From a virus (taxonomy: Duplodnaviria; Caudoviricetes), in the IMG/VR virus record IMGVR_UViG_3300034155_000029, positions 1 through 54,127 of that record: DNA of 54,127 bases; one strand, 5' to 3'. A program made the position numbers and the translations under genes. Below the pieces are notes generated by a model. It was given only the letters and a program-made list of their open reading frames with translations, had not been told where the DNA came from and did not search any database. Positions 29,691 through 38,964 of the stretch are shown here, piece by piece; position 1 is the stretch's first letter; every line of letters begins with the position of its first letter.

Positions 29691-30722
29691 CCAACCATTG
29701 GATTCCTATTATCTCTAGTAATGGGAATCCTCTTATGCCGTGTCACCCAGCTAGAGCCAGACAATTACTAAAAAATAATAAAGCTAAAAAACAATTTGCT
29801 AATTCTATTTGTTATCTTAAACTAATTAAAAGAAATATAGGAGACATTCAAGAGATATCATGTGGAATAGATTCAGGATCTAAGAGAGAAGCGATAACAG
29901 TAAAATCCATTAATAAAACTTTTATTAATATTTTAACCGATGCTAGAACAGGAGTAAAAGAATCTCTTGAGATTAAAAAATATATGAGAAGATCAAGGAG
30001 ATTTAGGAAAACTCCTTGTAGAAAGAATAAATTAAATAGGAAAAGGAATAAAAATTTTATTCCTCCATCAACTCGGGCAAGATGGAATTCAAAGTTAAGA
30101 TTAATAAATATATTAAAGAAAATATATCCAATATCGATATATGTTGTAGAAGATATTAAAGCAAAAAGTAAAGAAGGGCAAAGAAATTGGAATAAGAATT
30201 TTTCTCCATTAGAAATTGGAAAGAAATATTTCTATAATATTATTAAAACATATGGAAATCTTATTTTGAAAGAAGGATGGGAAACTAGTAATAAAAGAAA
30301 AGAATTAGATTTAGTAAAAACTACAAAAAAATTAGATAAAATATTTTCTGCACATAATATTGATAGTTGGGTTCTTGCTAATTTCCCCTTTGATATTCAA
30401 ACATATCCAGAAAATATTGATATATTATTTCCAACAAATTGGATTATATAGAAGATCATTACATATGTTACAATTTTCTAAAGGAGGAGCAAGGAGAATA
30501 AATGGAGGAACAGTATCTTTGGGAATTCCAAAAGGGACAGTAGTAAAAACAAAATATAAAAAGAAAAAAATATTATGTTATATAGGTGGAAATATGGATG
30601 GAAAATTATCTATACATGATTTAAAAATTGGGAAACGAATATCTCAAAATATAGATAAGGAAAAGATAGAGATATATAGAGGATGGATAGCAAAATGGAA
30701 AGTAGAGATAATAAAAGGATAG
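29675..30722 (+). pseudogene. isrB: IsrB-like RNA-guided nickase (PLMP + split RuvC, no HNH), frameshifted near 30420-30428
   Basis: GNPLMPCHPARAR, GIDSGSK, RRSRR, VVEDI, AHNIDSW in ORF 29489-30451; C-terminal YRRSLH..KGG..GGTVSLG continues in another frame (30360-30722). Start uncertain. Confidence 0.8.
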
Positions 30723-30842
30723 CAAAAAAGAATAGAGCAATTCCTCCCTGCCTGCGTAGCAGGCAGGGCTTCCTTGCTCGTTAAGGTGATATATGTAAAG
30801 ATGAGAGATATGCCATGCTTATTCTGGCATACAAAAATATTT

Positions 30843-32081
30843 ATGTATGACATTGCAATAATTGGTGCTGGAGTTTCTGGAGTATTTGCAGCTTTAAGAT
30901 TAGCTGAAAAACATAAACAACTTAAAGTAATAGTATTTGATTTTGGGCCACCACCTTCAAATTGTTTGCGACAAGATCCTATAAATGTAAAACGTCGTCG
31001 TAGACAATTAGAAGGATGGTTAGGGTGTTTTCCAACAGGTGATGGAAAACTATATATAGATGAAGATGCTAATAAAGTATTATCTATTACAGATGGCAGA
31101 AGAGTTAGAATTGCTAAAGAATGGATATCTGATAAGTTTAATTCAATATCACCATTAGCAATTATAAAAAACAAATCTCCAATAGCATCTGTTAAACATA
31201 ATATTAAAAATAATGGATTTGAATTAAAAATACATGAATATGATCAATGGACTCCTGATTTAATTCATCAATTATCAAAAATATCAGCCGATACAATAGA
31301 AGATACTGGAAATATATTTCTAAGTTTTGAAACAGAAGTATTTGGATTTAATAAATCTGGTAAAAACTTTACTATTCAAACATCTGAAGGAGAATTTGAA
31401 AGTAAAAAGGTTATCCTTGGAGCTGGTAGAAGCGGTTGGCGTTGGATGAATAAAATATATAAGTCTTTAGATCTTTTGAAAACAAATACTATTGCTAAAT
31501 ATGGTATAAAAGTTGAAATGCCAGGATCTACTCTTAAGGATTATAATAATTGTCATTGTTCTATTTCAAAAGAAGGTTTAAATATTGGACCATTAGAATG
31601 GGAAGGATCAATTATACAAGAAGATCATGAAGATATGACATTAGCAGCTTTTAGATCTAATGAAAATAGATGGAAAACAGATAAAGTATTTTTCTCTATT
31701 GAAAAACAATTTGAAATTAAAAGCGATGTATGTGAATATGTAGATAGAATTGCAAAATTATCACATCTTCTTTCTGGAGATAGAGTTGGTAGAGAAAAAA
31801 TTAAACACTTTATTAAAGGTATTGGTGATTTAGTTGAAATGCCAGAATATAATTGGATTGAAAAAACCGTTTCAGAACTAGAATGTATACTTCCTAATAT
31901 TACCAGTCGAGGTTATTTTCACGTTCCCAGTATTAATACTAGTGTAAATAATATTAATATATCTTCTAATTTAGAAACAGATATAGAAGGATTATTTATA
32001 GCTGGAGAAAGCACTGGTATTAAAGGTATCGCAGCAGCCGCTATTATGGGTGTTGTTGCTGCAGAAGGAGTTATCAAATGA
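30843..32081 (+). CDS. FAD-dependent oxidoreductase
   Basis: MYDIAIIGAGVSG, GDGKL, GAGRSG, ETDIEGLFIAGESTG; ATG 30843. Confidence 0.85.
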   Translation: MYDIAIIGAGVSGVFAALRLAEKHKQLKVIVFDFGPPPSNCLRQDPINVKRRRRQLEGWLGCFPTGDGKLYIDEDANKVLSITDGRRVRIAKEWISDKFNSISPLAIIKNKSPIASVKHNIKNNGFELKIHEYDQWTPDLIHQLSKISADTIEDTGNIFLSFETEVFGFNKSGKNFTIQTSEGEFESKKVILGAGRSGWRWMNKIYKSLDLLKTNTIAKYGIKVEMPGSTLKDYNNCHCSISKEGLNIGPLEWEGSIIQEDHEDMTLAAFRSNENRWKTDKVFFSIEKQFEIKSDVCEYVDRIAKLSHLLSGDRVGREKIKHFIKGIGDLVEMPEYNWIEKTVSELECILPNITSRGYFHVPSINTSVNNINISSNLETDIEGLFIAGESTGIKGIAAAAIMGVVAAEGVIK

Positions 32082-32425
32082 AAGAAAAAAAATCTTATGA
32101 TAAATATGTTTCTTCATCAGATGAAAAGTTTGTTTACGATGAGAAAACTGCTAAAACAGGATCTTTTATAAAACAAGATTGTGAATTATATAATGATGAA
32201 GATAATATTCCTGGAGAACCTATTAGAGTTAAAAGAATTACTAAACCACAAGAAGGTTGGAAAGTAATGAAAAATGGAAAAGATATTTTGGTAATAAAAG
32301 CAAGTAGATTTTCTAAACAAGAAAAAGAATATTTAAGAACTGTAAAAGGATTATCTTTTATTATTGATGGTGTAAAACAGGGTTGGAAATCTGTATCTGA
32401 ATTTAAAAGAAATATTACTTTATGA
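32078..32425 (+). CDS. Hypothetical protein
   Basis: 115-aa ORF, ATGA-type coupling. Confidence 0.6.
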   Translation: MKEKKSYDKYVSSSDEKFVYDEKTAKTGSFIKQDCELYNDEDNIPGEPIRVKRITKPQEGWKVMKNGKDILVIKASRFSKQEKEYLRTVKGLSFIIDGVKQGWKSVSEFKRNITL

Positions 32426-32607
32426 TTATTTTTAAAGGAACAAAAACAATAGGTATTCAATCTTATATTGAATTTTCCAATGAGAAAGGATCTGTTATAC
32501 AAATACCAGTAGAAACTAATTTGTTATCTAGATTTTTGTTATACTTTGATAGATTAGAACCAGGAACAAAACCTTTGGTCGAGACCCAAATGCCTTCTGT
32601 CAAATAG
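32422..32607 (+). CDS. Hypothetical protein
   Basis: 61-aa ORF, ATGA coupling. Confidence 0.5.
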   Translation: MIIFKGTKTIGIQSYIEFSNEKGSVIQIPVETNLLSRFLLYFDRLEPGTKPLVETQMPSVK

Positions 32608-32628
32608 TTTAGAAGGAAGATTTTTATC

Positions 32629-33273
32629 ATGGGTTATGCTTTATATGTTTGCGATACAGAAACTACTGGACTAGATTGTAAGAAACATGATATTATAGAA
32701 TTATGTTTTTGGCGTGTTGGAGATACGGAATCTAAAACATGGTGGATGAAACCTTTACATCCAGAGAATATTAGTAAAGAAGCATTAAATGTAAACAAAC
32801 ATAAACTAGAAGATATTCTACATAGAACAAAAGAAGGTATAGAGAAATACCGATTACCATCTGAAGTATTACCAGAGATAGAAATGTGGTTAATGCAAGA
32901 TGGTGCTGCAGCCGAAGAGCGTGTTTTCATTGGACACAATCCTCAATTTGATTATGATTTCTTATTGGAATTATGGAAAAATATAGGGTGTGAAAATGAT
33001 TATCCATTTGGATATTGGATGGATAATAAAGATGGAACTAGAAGGAATGTTGGATATCTTATTGATACAATGCAATTAGTTAGACTTATTGATATTTATA
33101 CTGGACAAAAACGTGCTAGATATGGTCTTGGTTCTTTAGTTAAAGATTTTAGTATAACAAAATCTACTTCACATAGAGCTGATGGTGATGTTAAAATGAC
33201 TAAAGAATTATTTGAAAAAATATCAAAAGTATTACAAGGCCCTCTACTAGAAGCTTTTAAAGATTGTTATTAA
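32629..33273 (+). CDS. DEDDh 3'-5' exonuclease (DnaQ-like)
   Basis: CDTETTG, GHNPQFD, IDT, HRADGD. Confidence 0.9.
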   Translation: MGYALYVCDTETTGLDCKKHDIIELCFWRVGDTESKTWWMKPLHPENISKEALNVNKHKLEDILHRTKEGIEKYRLPSEVLPEIEMWLMQDGAAAEERVFIGHNPQFDYDFLLELWKNIGCENDYPFGYWMDNKDGTRRNVGYLIDTMQLVRLIDIYTGQKRARYGLGSLVKDFSITKSTSHRADGDVKMTKELFEKISKVLQGPLLEAFKDCY

Positions 33274-33663
33274 ATGCAAAATATAGCTGAAATAATTATT
33301 TCTTCTTTATCAGAAGATGCTAAATTAAAATTAGATGAATATTATATTGAAAAATATAGTAAGTTTATTAATTTTAAATTCATTTCACATTCAGAAAAAC
33401 TTAGTGAAGATTTTATTAGAAAATATTCTGATAAAGTAGATTGGCAATTAATATCAGCTTATCAAAAACTAAGTGAAGATTTTATTAGAGAATTTCAATA
33501 TAAAGTAAATTGGTGGTTTATATCTTGGAAACAAGAACTATCAGAAGAGTTTATTATAGAATATTCTGATAAGGTTTGTTGGCCATGTATATTTGGTTAT
33601 CAAAAATTGTCAGCTTCATTTAAAAGAAAATATAAAAAGATGTTGCCAAAAGATAATAGATAG
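33274..33663 (+). CDS. Short tryptophan-repeat protein (~4 repeats) lacking the C-terminal domain
   Basis: DWQLISAYQKLSEDFIREF-type repeats only. Confidence 0.8.
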   Translation: MQNIAEIIISSLSEDAKLKLDEYYIEKYSKFINFKFISHSEKLSEDFIRKYSDKVDWQLISAYQKLSEDFIREFQYKVNWWFISWKQELSEEFIIEYSDKVCWPCIFGYQKLSASFKRKYKKMLPKDNR

Positions 33664-33681
33664 ATAGTTCACAAAGATTCG

Positions 33682-33714
33682 AATCGGGCTATTATGGCCT
33701 GATTTTTGGCCCGA
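33682..33714 (+). terminator. Terminator-like hairpin with an alternative pairing
   Basis: TCGGGCTA can pair with TGGCCTGA (followed by TTTTT) or with TGGCCCGA 12 nt further on. Confidence 0.45.
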
Positions 33715-33721
33715 GAATTTT

Positions 33722-34555
33722 ATGAGGATATTATTTGGAGGAAGTAATAATATTGGTTCTAATATTATGATTTCGAGATTTATTGAAAACTCATCTCATG
33801 ATATTAAAGTAATTTCTTATTATCGCAATCATAAATATATACCATACATTGATTATTGTTTGGATGATGTTTTTTGTAGAGCTAAAAAAAATATCACACC
33901 ATATTTTAAACACCATTTTGGTATTAATTGTCCTGAAGTAAAATCTAAATTTGCAGATTTGATAATTAATGATCTTCTTGATTGGTCTCCAGATTTAGTT
34001 ATTTCTGACTGTGAAATATTTACTGCATCCATTGCTAAAATAATGGAATTACCACTATATTATTGTAGTCCATTATTACAGCTTTATTCATTGAAAAATA
34101 AAATTCTTTTTTTAAAATTAAAAGAGTTTTTATTTAATTTACCCAAGGCTGATAAATATTTAGTATATTCTTCTGTTCCAAACTTAATTCTTAAAGATAA
34201 TTTTTATCAAGTATATCCATATTACAACTCAGTACAATCACCTACACAGATTTTAACATCTGAAGAAGAATCTTTTAAAAAGACATTGCAAATTTTGCCA
34301 AACGGAGTATTATTAACTAGTGGTGAAACTAGTTTTATAACTGATTGTATTAATTCAGGAAATAAATTTGTAATATCTCCAAATCCAGAAGAAACAGAAC
34401 AAGTTTTAAATGCACGTATATGTGATGATTATAATGTTGCAAAAAATATTGGAAGATCTGATAATTTTCAATATATATTAAATCAATTTGATTCTGATCT
34501 TTATTCACCACCAGTTTTTAATAAACCAATTCAATTTTTGGAAAAATTTTTATGA
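33722..34555 (+). CDS. Divergent GT-B glycosyltransferase-like protein
   Basis: MRILFG start, PDLVISDCE, GETSFITD...EQVLNA resemble GT-B family motifs. Confidence 0.5.
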   Translation: MRILFGGSNNIGSNIMISRFIENSSHDIKVISYYRNHKYIPYIDYCLDDVFCRAKKNITPYFKHHFGINCPEVKSKFADLIINDLLDWSPDLVISDCEIFTASIAKIMELPLYYCSPLLQLYSLKNKILFLKLKEFLFNLPKADKYLVYSSVPNLILKDNFYQVYPYYNSVQSPTQILTSEEESFKKTLQILPNGVLLTSGETSFITDCINSGNKFVISPNPEETEQVLNARICDDYNVAKNIGRSDNFQYILNQFDSDLYSPPVFNKPIQFLEKFL

Positions 34556-35157
34556 ACAAACGTAAAGTAGCATTTGATTTGGGTAATGTAATTATTCATG
34601 TAAATATAAATAGCTTTTTATCATTTCTTGTTGATAATAATATTGTAAGCAATTTGCAAATTGCAACTGATTTTGTTTCTGGTATTCAACCAGCTCATGA
34701 TTTAGGAACTTATAGTTTTAGACAAGGGTTTTCTAATTTATTATCTCACCTACCACATTATATACTGCAAGAAATACATAACAAATGGCTAAGTCTTGCT
34801 GTACCATCTGTTCTAATGTTAGAATTAATAGATGATTTAATAAGTAAACATAATTATGAAGTTGCGATATTATCAAATATAGGATATGATCATGCTGGAA
34901 TAATTAGACATCTTTGTCCCGTTTTACAAAAATGCAATCAATATTTTTCATGTGAGGTTGGTATTATGAAGCCATCTAAACTATATTTCCAAAATTTCAT
35001 AAATAAAAATAACTGGGAATTGGGGATGCCTTTTTTTGATGACAGAATGGAAAATATAATATCTTCTAGAGGTTTTTTTAAAGGTTATCAATTTGATTTA
35101 GATGATTTTAAAAATGATGAAGAAGCTGTTGATTTTGTAAAGAATATATTGATCTGA
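34552..35157 (+). CDS. HAD-family phosphatase
   Basis: FDLGNV, LSN, KP, FFDDRMEN. Confidence 0.85.
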   Translation: MNKRKVAFDLGNVIIHVNINSFLSFLVDNNIVSNLQIATDFVSGIQPAHDLGTYSFRQGFSNLLSHLPHYILQEIHNKWLSLAVPSVLMLELIDDLISKHNYEVAILSNIGYDHAGIIRHLCPVLQKCNQYFSCEVGIMKPSKLYFQNFINKNNWELGMPFFDDRMENIISSRGFFKGYQFDLDDFKNDEEAVDFVKNILI

Positions 35158-35199
35158 TATATACCTTTTAGAAACCATTTGGTTTTTCAAAGGATTAAT

Positions 35200-35424
35200 A
35201 TGTCAGTTTTAAATAAGAAATTATCAACAAAAGAAGCTTTAGAATATATTGCATTTGCTGCGTGGTATAGAGATCTTCCAGATAATTGGGATGGGGAAAT
35301 AACTTGCGAATGGACCGAAGATGGAGAAGTGGAAATTATTGCAACTCCAGCAGAGGAAGAAGAGCATTCAGAAAAATATGTACAAAAATCGGATACTGGG
35401 CCAGATGGAAAACTATTAAATTAA
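35200..35424 (+). CDS. Small acidic hypothetical protein
   Basis: AAGGA before ATG 35200. Confidence 0.55.
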   Translation: MSVLNKKLSTKEALEYIAFAAWYRDLPDNWDGEITCEWTEDGEVEIIATPAEEEEHSEKYVQKSDTGPDGKLLN

Positions 35425-35457
35425 CCAAATTCTTTGGTAACAACATAACAAAAGATC

Positions 35458-35486
35458 TTGCTATCTGGTCTGTTGTGTGGTATCGT
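35458..35486 (+). promoter_or_regulatory. Sigma70-type promoter, copy 1 of a 33-bp direct repeat
   Basis: TTGCTA-17 bp-TATCGT with extended -10 TG; AGGAG and ATG 35514 downstream. Confidence 0.65.
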
Positions 35487-35513
35487 CTTGTCTCCTTTAT
35501 AGGAGATTAATAT

Positions 35514-36119
35514 ATGAATAAATATTTATGTATATTAGCTGTTTTGGCAATCTTTATTACAGGTTGTCATAGAAGGACTAATAGATATCCCCAAACCCAA
35601 TCCAATACATATCAATCTACATATCAACCCGAATCAAATCCAGAACCAAATACAACAGAACAATTATATGTTTGTTATTATGTTCCAGAAGAAATTAAAT
35701 TTCCACAAGGAATAACACCTCCAGAAGCATTGCAAGTAGATTGTAATTCACAACAACCATTGTATCCTTCAGCATTTAAAAGAGAATTAGCTAAAATAGA
35801 AGCTTCTATACAACGAGTATATTCTAATAATAATCCTGAAATTGAAAATCCACATTATCCAGTTACTTCTGATAATCCAAAACCAATATGGGATTTTTCA
35901 GATTTTGAAAACGATCTTACATTAGGACCAGACGGTTTACCAGATCCTGATAAAATGGATGAAATGGATAATTATAGACGTGACAGAGATGAGAAATTAA
36001 ACCAAGAAAGCAAAATTATTTGGGATGATTTCAAAAGAAAACAAATTGCGACTTGTAAAAACCTATGTAGAGGATTTGATAATTCTGCTAAGTGTATAGC
36101 ACAGTGTGACGATATATAA
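35514..36119 (+). CDS. Putative lipoprotein
   Basis: MNKYLCILAVLAIFITG-C signal peptide with lipobox; Pro/Gln-rich linker; C-terminal Cys cluster. Confidence 0.7.
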   Translation: MNKYLCILAVLAIFITGCHRRTNRYPQTQSNTYQSTYQPESNPEPNTTEQLYVCYYVPEEIKFPQGITPPEALQVDCNSQQPLYPSAFKRELAKIEASIQRVYSNNNPEIENPHYPVTSDNPKPIWDFSDFENDLTLGPDGLPDPDKMDEMDNYRRDRDEKLNQESKIIWDDFKRKQIATCKNLCRGFDNSAKCIAQCDDI

Positions 36120-36157
36120 TCATGTTATTATTTCTTTGTTGACATAAGCGAAAGATC

Positions 36158-36186
36158 TTGCTATCTGATCTGTTGTGTGGTATTCT
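36158..36186 (+). promoter_or_regulatory. Sigma70-type promoter, copy 2 of the 33-bp direct repeat
   Basis: TTGCTA-17 bp-TATTCT with extended -10 TG; an additional TTGACA at 36139. Confidence 0.7.
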
Positions 36187-36265
36187 TTTGTTCTCTTGAA
36201 CAAGAAAGATTTTGAATCATGGCTGAAAAAATTAAATCAGAAAAACCACTTAATATAAAGGTCTT

Positions 36266-37534
36266 ATGTTTGATAAAGAAACAGAAATAAAAAAAATATC
36301 AGAAATTGCAAAAAAATGTGGTGGTAAATTAATAAATACAAATTATAAAAATAATTATGATAAAATGTGTTTTGAGTGTTTTCATGGTCATGTTTTTAAA
36401 AACTCTGCAAATGCAATAAAAAATGGTCGTTGGTGTCCAAAGTGTAATAGTAATAATAGGACTGAAGAAATTTGTCGTGTATATTTTGAACATATTTTTA
36501 AATCTAAATTTTTAAAAAAACGACCAGAATGGTTAATTGGAAAAAACGGATATAGAATTGAGCTTGATGGATATTCAGAAGATAGTATGGTTGCTTTTGA
36601 ATATAACGGTCAACAACATTATAAAAAAACATTTTGGTATAATTTTGATAATGCCGAATTAGAAAGAATGAGAATAAATGAATTTATTAAAATTGAAAAA
36701 TGCAAAGAGCGTGGAATAATTTTAATTATTATTACATATAAAACAAAAATATGTAATTTAATTTCAGAAATAAAAAAACAATTAAGTATTTTTAATTATC
36801 CAAATATTGATAGTCTTGATTGGAGTGAGCCTTCTTTAAAAGAAATATATACAAGTGAAGTTTATATACAAAAACTAAGAAAAGATTTATTATTAAATGG
36901 ATTTAATTTAATTAATAATGATTATTTTGGTGAAGATTATAAATATACAGCAAAATGTAATATTTGCGGATTTGAAAGAAAAGCTAATCCGTGGAGTCTT
37001 AGAAAAAATGGTTGTAAAAGATGTTCGGGAACAGAGAAAAAAACAATAGAAGACTGTATTAAACTAGCAAGTTCTCATGGTGGGTTTTGTTTGTCAAAAG
37101 TTTATGTTAACAATTCTGAACCATTACAGTGGGAATGTAAATGTGGTTATATTTGGTTTGCAAGTTATAATAGTATACAAGCAGGAAGTTGGTGTCCAAA
37201 AGACGGTGAAGAAATTAGAAAATTATCAATAAAATCAAGTTGGGAAAATAGAAAATTAATAGAGAATATTGTTAAATTTGAAAATGCTAAAATTATAGCA
37301 TTTGAAAATGGTTTTAAACTTCTTTCTGAAAACTATATTAGTTGTGATTCGCCATTAGTATTTTTATGTAAACAAGGACATAAATGGTGTGTTGGATTGC
37401 GTTCTTTTAAAAAAGCTATAAAACAAGGTAGAGGGTGTACTCAGTGTGGTCCAAACAGTATAAAAGATACATCTTTATTTAAGAAAGAAATAAAATGTCA
37501 AAAATTAAAACTGATAAAAAATCATTTATTATAG
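36266..37534 (+). CDS. Putative homing endonuclease: Vsr/PD-(D/E)XK-like domain plus multiple Zn-ribbon repeats
   Basis: ELDGY...AFEYNGQQHY core; repeated CxxGHxW/F...WCPxC units. Confidence 0.75.
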   Translation: MFDKETEIKKISEIAKKCGGKLINTNYKNNYDKMCFECFHGHVFKNSANAIKNGRWCPKCNSNNRTEEICRVYFEHIFKSKFLKKRPEWLIGKNGYRIELDGYSEDSMVAFEYNGQQHYKKTFWYNFDNAELERMRINEFIKIEKCKERGIILIIITYKTKICNLISEIKKQLSIFNYPNIDSLDWSEPSLKEIYTSEVYIQKLRKDLLLNGFNLINNDYFGEDYKYTAKCNICGFERKANPWSLRKNGCKRCSGTEKKTIEDCIKLASSHGGFCLSKVYVNNSEPLQWECKCGYIWFASYNSIQAGSWCPKDGEEIRKLSIKSSWENRKLIENIVKFENAKIIAFENGFKLLSENYISCDSPLVFLCKQGHKWCVGLRSFKKAIKQGRGCTQCGPNSIKDTSLFKKEIKCQKLKLIKNHLL

Positions 37535-38964
37535 ATTACAATGTGCCAGTTGGTTGGGTTGTTGAGCTTAATTTTTTTGATTTAACTGGTGAAAAATCAA
37601 AGTGCAAAAATACAAGTAATAAGTTCTACCACATTGAGCTTCAATTGGGTAAAGACGGAAATTGTCAATTATATACGGAATATGGTCCAACTGGTTTTGT
37701 TCAAGCTAGAGAATTTAGATATTTTGCACAAGATAAAGCAAATGCTGAAAAAGAATTTAACAAAATTGTAAAGTCTAAAATAAAAAAAGGATATGTTGAA
37801 ATTGATATCGCTCAACGTGTTGTTGGTAGTGATGAATCTAAAAAAATTGTTAAACCTGTTCAATTAAATAATATTGAAGAAATTACAATTGAAAAAAACA
37901 ATAATAAACTTCATTGCGAAACACAAAGAATTATTAGTGAGCTTTTAGGATCTACAAATAAATTCGTAACTACAACATTAAAATGTCCCCTTGGGCAATT
38001 AACTAATAACCAAATTGACTCTGGTAGATCTAAATTACAAGAAGCTAGAAAGATAATTCAAACAGGATTGTCAGATGATAATAAAAAAATATTGTTATCA
38101 TTAACAAATGATTTTTATGGATTAATTCCTCATAATCTAGGACAAGGTGCAAGAGGGAAATTAACCAATCTTATATTGGATACTAAAGAAAAAATTGACA
38201 ATAAAGAATATGATCTTGATACTTTATTAGATGCTAAGTCTTTAGGTACAAGCTTGGATAGTAATTCAATTTGGGATCAGTATAATTCTTTAGATACAGA
38301 GTTTTCTTTTATAGATCATCAAGATCCTATTTTTGATTGGTTGAATAAATTAATTCAAGATACAAGGGCTAGTAATCATCACCATCTTGGTAAGATTATA
38401 TTGTTGAATGCTTGGACCGTTGAAAGAAAATATGAAAGGAATGTTTTTCAAAAAACAGCAGAAGATATTGCATCTCAATGTGGTAAACAAATAATTCCAC
38501 CTATAATGAAAAATTTAGTTACTACTCGTCCTGATGGTAATTCTAAATTATATCAAAATGCAAATGTTATTCCTTTATTTCATGGAACAAGAACTCAAAA
38601 TATTACTGGTATTCTTAAAAAAGGAATGCTCATTAGACCCTCTGGTGTAGTTTTGTGCGGAAACATGTATGGGTCGGCCATCTATAAATCGGCTAATTCA
38701 TCAAAAAGCATAAATTATACTAATATTAAATCATCATATTGGGCACAAGGATCTTGTGATAAAGCCTTTTTATTTGTATCTGATTGTGCATTAGGTAATC
38801 AATTTATGGCAAAATCATCAGGAAACTATACATTAAACTCTATTTCTCCTTATCATTCTGTATGGGCAAAAGGTGGAAGTAGTGGAGTAATAAATGATGA
38901 AATGATGTTGTATAAAATAGATCAACACAATATTAGATATTTAGTGGAATTTACATGCAAATAA
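37495..38964 (+). CDS. PARP-like ADP-ribosyltransferase with WGR and regulatory domains
   Basis: SNKFY...YG...KIKKGY (WGR), PLGQL...LTNDFYGLIPH (regulatory domain), LFHGT, MYGSAIY, KSINY, NDEMMLY (H-Y-E triad). Confidence 0.92.
   Translation: MSKIKTDKKSFIIDYNVPVGWVVELNFFDLTGEKSKCKNTSNKFYHIELQLGKDGNCQLYTEYGPTGFVQAREFRYFAQDKANAEKEFNKIVKSKIKKGYVEIDIAQRVVGSDESKKIVKPVQLNNIEEITIEKNNNKLHCETQRIISELLGSTNKFVTTTLKCPLGQLTNNQIDSGRSKLQEARKIIQTGLSDDNKKILLSLTNDFYGLIPHNLGQGARGKLTNLILDTKEKIDNKEYDLDTLLDAKSLGTSLDSNSIWDQYNSLDTEFSFIDHQDPIFDWLNKLIQDTRASNHHHLGKIILLNAWTVERKYERNVFQKTAEDIASQCGKQIIPPIMKNLVTTRPDGNSKLYQNANVIPLFHGTRTQNITGILKKGMLIRPSGVVLCGNMYGSAIYKSANSSKSINYTNIKSSYWAQGSCDKAFLFVSDCALGNQFMAKSSGNYTLNSISPYHSVWAKGGSSGVINDEMMLYKIDQHNIRYLVEFTCK

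Larger units (their letters stand above)
29426..30785 (+). mobile_element. IS200/IS605-family IsrB (OMEGA) element without TnpA
   Basis: Begins GTCATAACCCC...GGGCTTG, structured leader, PLMP/RuvC ORF, ends with GCAATTCCTCCC-hairpin-TTCCTTGC; removing it restores the host reading frame. Confidence 0.85.

Noticed and set aside
29426-30785. IsrB element as a self-splicing intron (IStron)
   Set aside because: Removal restores the frame, but I could not identify group I or group II core elements; omegaRNA plus ORF account for the sequence.
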